A DNA stretch of 64,000 nucleotides from positions 61,493-125,492 of the forward strand of contig CAWFTF010000024.1 of assembly GCA_963818645.1 (NCBI GenBank). Reading direction: 5' to 3'. The notes below the pieces were generated by a model that was not told the DNA's origin, made no database searches, and worked only from the letters and a program-made list of their open reading frames with translations. Positions 60,027-64,000 of this stretch are shown piece after piece (the first letter of the stretch is position 1; each line of letters starts with the position of its first letter). Origin of the DNA: an uncultured Acidobacteriota bacterium. GTDB lineage: Bacteria > Acidobacteriota > Vicinamibacteria > Vicinamibacterales > UBA2999. Both the position numbers and the translations under genes were made by a program.

Positions 60027-61130
60027 GTGAAATCACGTTTGCAGGCGGCCGGACTGGCCGACATCAACGACAAGCTGGAGCGAGGCGACCGACTGACGCT
60101 CGAGGACGGCGTTCGTCTGTTCGATTCACCCGATCTACTCGCCGTCGGGTGGCTCGCCAATCGCGAGCGCGAGAAGCGACACGGCACGCGCACGTACTTC
60201 AACTACAACCTCCGTCTCGAGCCGACGAACGTCTGCGAAGCCAGTTGTCTCTTCTGCTCGTTCGCGCGACTGAAGCCCGGCATGGCCGAGGCCTACACGA
60301 TGTCGCTCGAGGAGGCGTGGGACAAGCTGCGTCAGCGCGCCAATCAGCCGCTGACCGAGCTGCACATCGTCAACGGACTGAACCCGGAGCTTCCGTTCGC
60401 GTACTACACGGACCTGCTGCGCGGCTTCAAACGGATTCGTCCAGGCATCCACTTGAAGTGCTTCACCGCCGTCGAAATCGCATTCTTCGCCGATCTCTAC
60501 GGCATGACCGACACGCAGGTGTTGCGCGAGCTGATGGATGCGGGTCTCGATTCACTGCCCGGCGGCGGCGCAGAGATCTTTGCCGAGCGCGTGCGTCAGA
60601 AGATCTGTAGCGACAAGTGCGGCACCGAGCGGTATCTCGATATTCATCGCATCGCGCATCGACTCGGGCTGCGTTCCAACGTCACGATGCTGTATGGGCA
60701 CATCGAGACGATGGAGGAGCGTGTCGATCACATGCTGCGCGCGCGAGCGTTGCAGGACGAGACCGGCGGATTTCAGGCGTTCATCCCGCTGGCCTTCCAT
60801 CCTGATAACAACCAGATGCGCAAGCTGCCGGCACCGAGCGGCACGGATACGTTGCGCGTGCACGCCGTGTCGCGGCTGATGCTCGACAACATTCCGCACA
60901 TCAAGGCGTTCTGGATCGCCACGGGTCTGGAGTTGGCTCAGACGGCGTTGTGGTTCGGCGTCGACGACCTCGACGGCACCGTGCAGGAAGAGAAGATTTA
61001 CCACATGGCCGGATCGGCGACTCCCGAGGGGATGACCACGGCCGCGCTGGGTCGTCTGGTTCGAGCGGCGGGCCGGCAACCCCTCGAGCGCGACACGCTC
61101 TACAACATCGTCGATAACGTCGTCGCCTAG
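60027..61130 (+). CDS. mqnE: aminofutalosine synthase (radical SAM)
   Basis: TNVCEASCLFCSF, ELHIVNG, SLPGGGAEIF, TMLYGHIE, HIKAFW and EKIYHMAG. Confidence 0.88.
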   Translation: MKSRLQAAGLADINDKLERGDRLTLEDGVRLFDSPDLLAVGWLANREREKRHGTRTYFNYNLRLEPTNVCEASCLFCSFARLKPGMAEAYTMSLEEAWDKLRQRANQPLTELHIVNGLNPELPFAYYTDLLRGFKRIRPGIHLKCFTAVEIAFFADLYGMTDTQVLRELMDAGLDSLPGGGAEIFAERVRQKICSDKCGTERYLDIHRIAHRLGLRSNVTMLYGHIETMEERVDHMLRARALQDETGGFQAFIPLAFHPDNNQMRKLPAPSGTDTLRVHAVSRLMLDNIPHIKAFWIATGLELAQTALWFGVDDLDGTVQEEKIYHMAGSATPEGMTTAALGRLVRAAGRQPLERDTLYNIVDNVVA

Positions 61131-61184
61131 CGCCACCGTGCGGCGGCTTGATCCGTAAACGCCCCGAGACGGTATAATTCTCTC

Positions 61185-61235
61185 AGGTCCAAATCCCGCC
61201 GGGCGATAGCCCAGCAACGGGGTTTGGACCTTTTT
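61185..61235 (+). ncRNA. structured RNA element / terminator-like hairpin in the nadA leader
   Basis: 14-bp stem enclosing CC-GGGC(GATA)GCCC-AGCAA, followed by a U-tract; just after TATAAT (61173-61178). Confidence 0.5.
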
Positions 61236-61247
61236 CACGTCCCGACT

Positions 61248-61265
61248 TTGCGAAAAGTTTCACAA
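61248..61265. promoter_or_regulatory. Rex-like operator upstream of nadA
   Basis: TTGCGAA-AAGT-TTCACAA versus Rex consensus TTGTGAA-N4-TTCACAA (one mismatch). Confidence 0.55.
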
Positions 61266-61280
61266 AGAGGACCAAAGCCG

Positions 61281-62438
61281 ATGGCGTCGATCATTCCGTT
61301 GCTGACCGAGTTCGAGAAGCAACACATCTCCGAGCGGCAGGCGCTTCCTGAGAAGTACCTCGGTCTCTCCGATGCGGAGATGGACGTGCGCATCGCGGAC
61401 GCCAGGCGCGCGCTCGGCGACCGGCTCGTGATCCTCGGTCACCACTATCAGCGCGACGAAGTGATCCGCTTTGCGGATTACACGGGTGACTCGTTCCGTC
61501 TCGCTCGTCAGATCGCCAGCCGGCCCGAGGCCGACTACATCGTGTTCTGCGGCGTTCACTTCATGGCGGAAAGCGCGGATGTCCTGTGCGCGCCGCATCA
61601 GAAAGTGATCCTTCCCGATCTCGCAGCCGGTTGCTCGATGGCCGACATGGCCGCGCCCGAGCAGCTCGAGACGTGCTGGGAAGAGCTCACTCAGATGGGC
61701 ATCGCCACCCAGGGCGCCGCGGGGCAGGGTGTCGTTCCGGTGACGTACATCAACTCGGCCGCCTCGATTAAGGCGTTTGTCGGCGAGCGTGGCGGCACCG
61801 TCTGCACATCGTCGAATGCGATGGCGACGTTGAAGTGGGCGTTCGCGCGTGGCGAGCGCGTTCTGTTTCTCCCCGACCAACACCTCGGACGAAACACTGC
61901 CTACAAGATGGGCATTCCGCTCGACGAGATGGTGGTCTGGGATCCAGATGAGATCTGCGGCGGTCTCGATCCCGATCAGGTGAGCCGGGCGAAGATGATC
62001 CTGTGGAAGGGGCACTGCTCCGTCCACACGCGGTTCAGCGCGAAGCAGATTGAAGCGATTCGCCAGCAGAATCCTGGCGTGCGCGTCATCGTCCATCCCG
62101 AAGTGCCGTGGGATGTGGTGCAGGCTGCGGACGACAGCGGCAGCACCGAATACATCATCAAGACGGTCACCAACAGCCCGGAAGGATCCATCTGGGCGGT
62201 GGGGACCGAGGTTCATCTCGTCAATCGTCTGGCACAGCAACTCGCACCCGGTCGGACAGTCTTGTCGCTCGATCAGTTCGGTTGTCTCTGCTCGACCATG
62301 TTCCGCGTCTCACCCAATCACCTGTTGTGGATTCTGGAAGAGCTTCTCGACGGTCGCGTCCCCAATCAGGTCACCGTGCCGGACGATCAGAAGCACTGGA
62401 ACCGCGTCGCACTCGACCGGATGCTGTCTATCTCCTAG
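61281..62438 (+). CDS. nadA: quinolinate synthase A
   Basis: ILGHHYQ, FCGVHFMAE, AGCSMADM, YINS, PDQHLG, GHCSVH, HPE and CSTM. Confidence 0.96.
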   Translation: MASIIPLLTEFEKQHISERQALPEKYLGLSDAEMDVRIADARRALGDRLVILGHHYQRDEVIRFADYTGDSFRLARQIASRPEADYIVFCGVHFMAESADVLCAPHQKVILPDLAAGCSMADMAAPEQLETCWEELTQMGIATQGAAGQGVVPVTYINSAASIKAFVGERGGTVCTSSNAMATLKWAFARGERVLFLPDQHLGRNTAYKMGIPLDEMVVWDPDEICGGLDPDQVSRAKMILWKGHCSVHTRFSAKQIEAIRQQNPGVRVIVHPEVPWDVVQAADDSGSTEYIIKTVTNSPEGSIWAVGTEVHLVNRLAQQLAPGRTVLSLDQFGCLCSTMFRVSPNHLLWILEELLDGRVPNQVTVPDDQKHWNRVALDRMLSIS

Positions 62439-62515
62439 CGATTGGAGTACGATCCTCGGTTCTAGAGGATTTCGCTCGACCAATCTGTGTCGAGACCGCT
62501 CGCTGAGGAGGACGA

Positions 62516-63112
62516 ATGGCGCACGAACTGCCCAAGCTCCCATATGACTTTGCCGCGCTCGAACCGCACATCGACGCGCAGACGATGCAGATTCATCACG
62601 GGAAGCATCATCAGGCTTACGTCACCAACCTGAACACCGCACTCGAAAAGCATCCCGATCTGCAGGGGAAGAGCGTTGAGGATCTGTGCCGCGGAATCAA
62701 CAGCGTCCCCGAGGCGATTCGTACCGCGGTGCGCAACAACGGAGGCGGACACTGGAACCACTCGAAGTTCTGGGCGTGGATGGCGCCTAATTCTGGTGGC
62801 GCGCCGACTGGCAAGGTTGCCGACGCGATCAACGGCTCGTTCGGCAGCTTCGACGCGTTCAAGGAGCAGTGGGGGAAAGCCGGTGCCGGCCGCTTCGGTA
62901 GCGGATGGGTGTGGCTGTTGAATGACGGCGGAAAGCTGTCGATCACGAGCACGCCGAATCAGGACAACCCGCTCATGGACGGCAAGATGCCGGTCCTCGG
63001 ACTCGACGTCTGGGAGCACGCCTACTACTTGAAGTACCAGAATCGCCGGCCCGACTACATCGGCGCGTGGTGGAACGTCGTCAACTGGGCCGAAGTGAAC
63101 AAGGCGTTGTAA
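62516..63112 (+). CDS. sodA: superoxide dismutase, Mn-type signature
   Basis: [18 protein letters not shown] and DVWEHAYY. Confidence 0.93.
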   Translation: MAHELPKLPYDFAALEPHIDAQTMQIHHGKHHQAYVTNLNTALEKHPDLQGKSVEDLCRGINSVPEAIRTAVRNNGGGHWNHSKFWAWMAPNSGGAPTGKVADAINGSFGSFDAFKEQWGKAGAGRFGSGWVWLLNDGGKLSITSTPNQDNPLMDGKMPVLGLDVWEHAYYLKYQNRRPDYIGAWWNVVNWAEVNKAL

Positions 63113-63117
63113 GCCAC

Positions 63118-64000
63118 CTAGTGCGCCACGACTGCCGGACTCGACTTCGAGGCGGCAGTTGGTGGCGCAACCGCCTTTGGCTCCGCCGGTCTGTGGGCGG
63201 CAGCAGCCTGCAGCCGTTCCTTCAACATCAGATCGGCATGCGCCAGGAAATCCTCCTTCGAAATCTTCCCGGAATCGACATCGGCCAGCAGGGATCGCTG
63301 TGCCTTGTACTCCCGATTTTCGATCCCCGCCTTGCTCTGGAGCATCCGCCATGCCTTCCGTCGCTCGACGCAGAAGAGCACCAGTTGACGTGAGAGCGAC
63401 CTGAATTCCAGATCGCCGTTGGCCCCCTGAATCGTGATGTACACACCGAAGTCCGGCACGTACGAGCGATGGCTCGAGACGAGGTAGCGGCGATAGACCA
63501 CATCCTGCTGCGTGATGCGGGCCAGCATGTTCTCGAGCGGAATCAGCCTGGCGAGATCATCCTGCTTCACTTTCTTCAAGTGATTCCTGAAACGCGCTTC
63601 CGTCGCGCACCAGTGCGCCACGGTGTAGCGATACGGTGCGTTCGTGCCCTTGAACCGCGTCTCGAACCAGTCCATGTCGAGAGATGGATTGCCCTTGACG
63701 TCCAGCGCCTCCTGATAGGTTTCGCCTAGCCTCGGGTTGAAGACGAACTCCGGCGCACCACGGGAGTCGCGCACGCGCTGCGCCTGCGTCAGCGCCATGT
63801 CATCGGGCACGCCGTGCTCGGGTTGACACGTGGTGAAGCACTGCAGGAACGCGGTGCCGCGGTACTCGATGCCGTCGAGGATCGCGCGGTACAACTTCGG
63901 GGCGTTCGCGATCGAGACCTGCGCGACGAACGGCGAGCCGTGACCGGCGAGGAACGTCTCTGCGACGGTCTTCTTCTCGACGTTCTTGCCTTGTGTGGCC
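63118..64000 (-). CDS. C-terminal part of a 2-oxoacid:ferredoxin oxidoreductase (PFOR-like, TPP domain); truncated by window end
   Basis: EKKTVAE..GHGSPFVAQVS..., AFLQCFTTCQPEHG and SRGAPEFVFNP. Confidence 0.7.
   Translation of the reverse strand, partial: ATQGKNVEKKTVAETFLAGHGSPFVAQVSIANAPKLYRAILDGIEYRGTAFLQCFTTCQPEHGVPDDMALTQAQRVRDSRGAPEFVFNPRLGETYQEALDVKGNPSLDMDWFETRFKGTNAPYRYTVAHWCATEARFRNHLKKVKQDDLARLIPLENMLARITQQDVVYRRYLVSSHRSYVPDFGVYITIQGANGDLEFRSLSRQLVLFCVERRKAWRMLQSKAGIENREYKAQRSLLADVDSGKISKEDFLAHADLMLKERLQAAAAHRPAEPKAVAPPTAASKSSPAVVAH

Noticed and set aside
1..64000. tRNA, rRNA, integrase, transposase or prophage genes
   Set aside because: None was recognised by eye; no covariance or HMM search could be run.

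Overview
GC-rich bacterial chromosomal segment. Gene content and repeat style suggest Acidobacteriota, probably Vicinamibacteria (inference). About 17 conserved genes are broken by single frameshifts, which points to long-read indel errors rather than pseudogenes. Housekeeping blocks: a divergent arginine cluster (argC-B-D-A-J-F / argR-argG-like-argH) with tandem ARG boxes, fabI, queC/queD, a cysM-JAB-Ubl/MoeB sulfur-relay operon, a full isc operon (rrf2-iscS-U-A-hscB-A-fdx-iscX), futalosine genes (mqnB, mqnD, mqnE), a cobalamin-riboswitch-controlled btu operon, nadA and sodA. Five unusual items stand out. (1) A sigma54 activator, with a -24/-12 promoter and two candidate UAS, sits upstream of a secreted subtilase carrying 16 NIVW(S/G) C-terminal repeats and an HD-GYP/GAF/GGDEF protein. 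(2) A DtxR/MntR repressor is fused in frame, through an internal signal peptide, to an outer-membrane beta-barrel, heading a CuA/di-heme operon opposite mntH. (3) A candidate sigma54-dependent small RNA lies at about 1680-1811. (4) A 250-nt multi-stem intergenic element and several inverted short-period repeat tracts are present. (5) There is a degenerate ArgG, a Ubl-E1 polyprotein next to a JAB protease, and a structured nadA leader with a Rex-like box.
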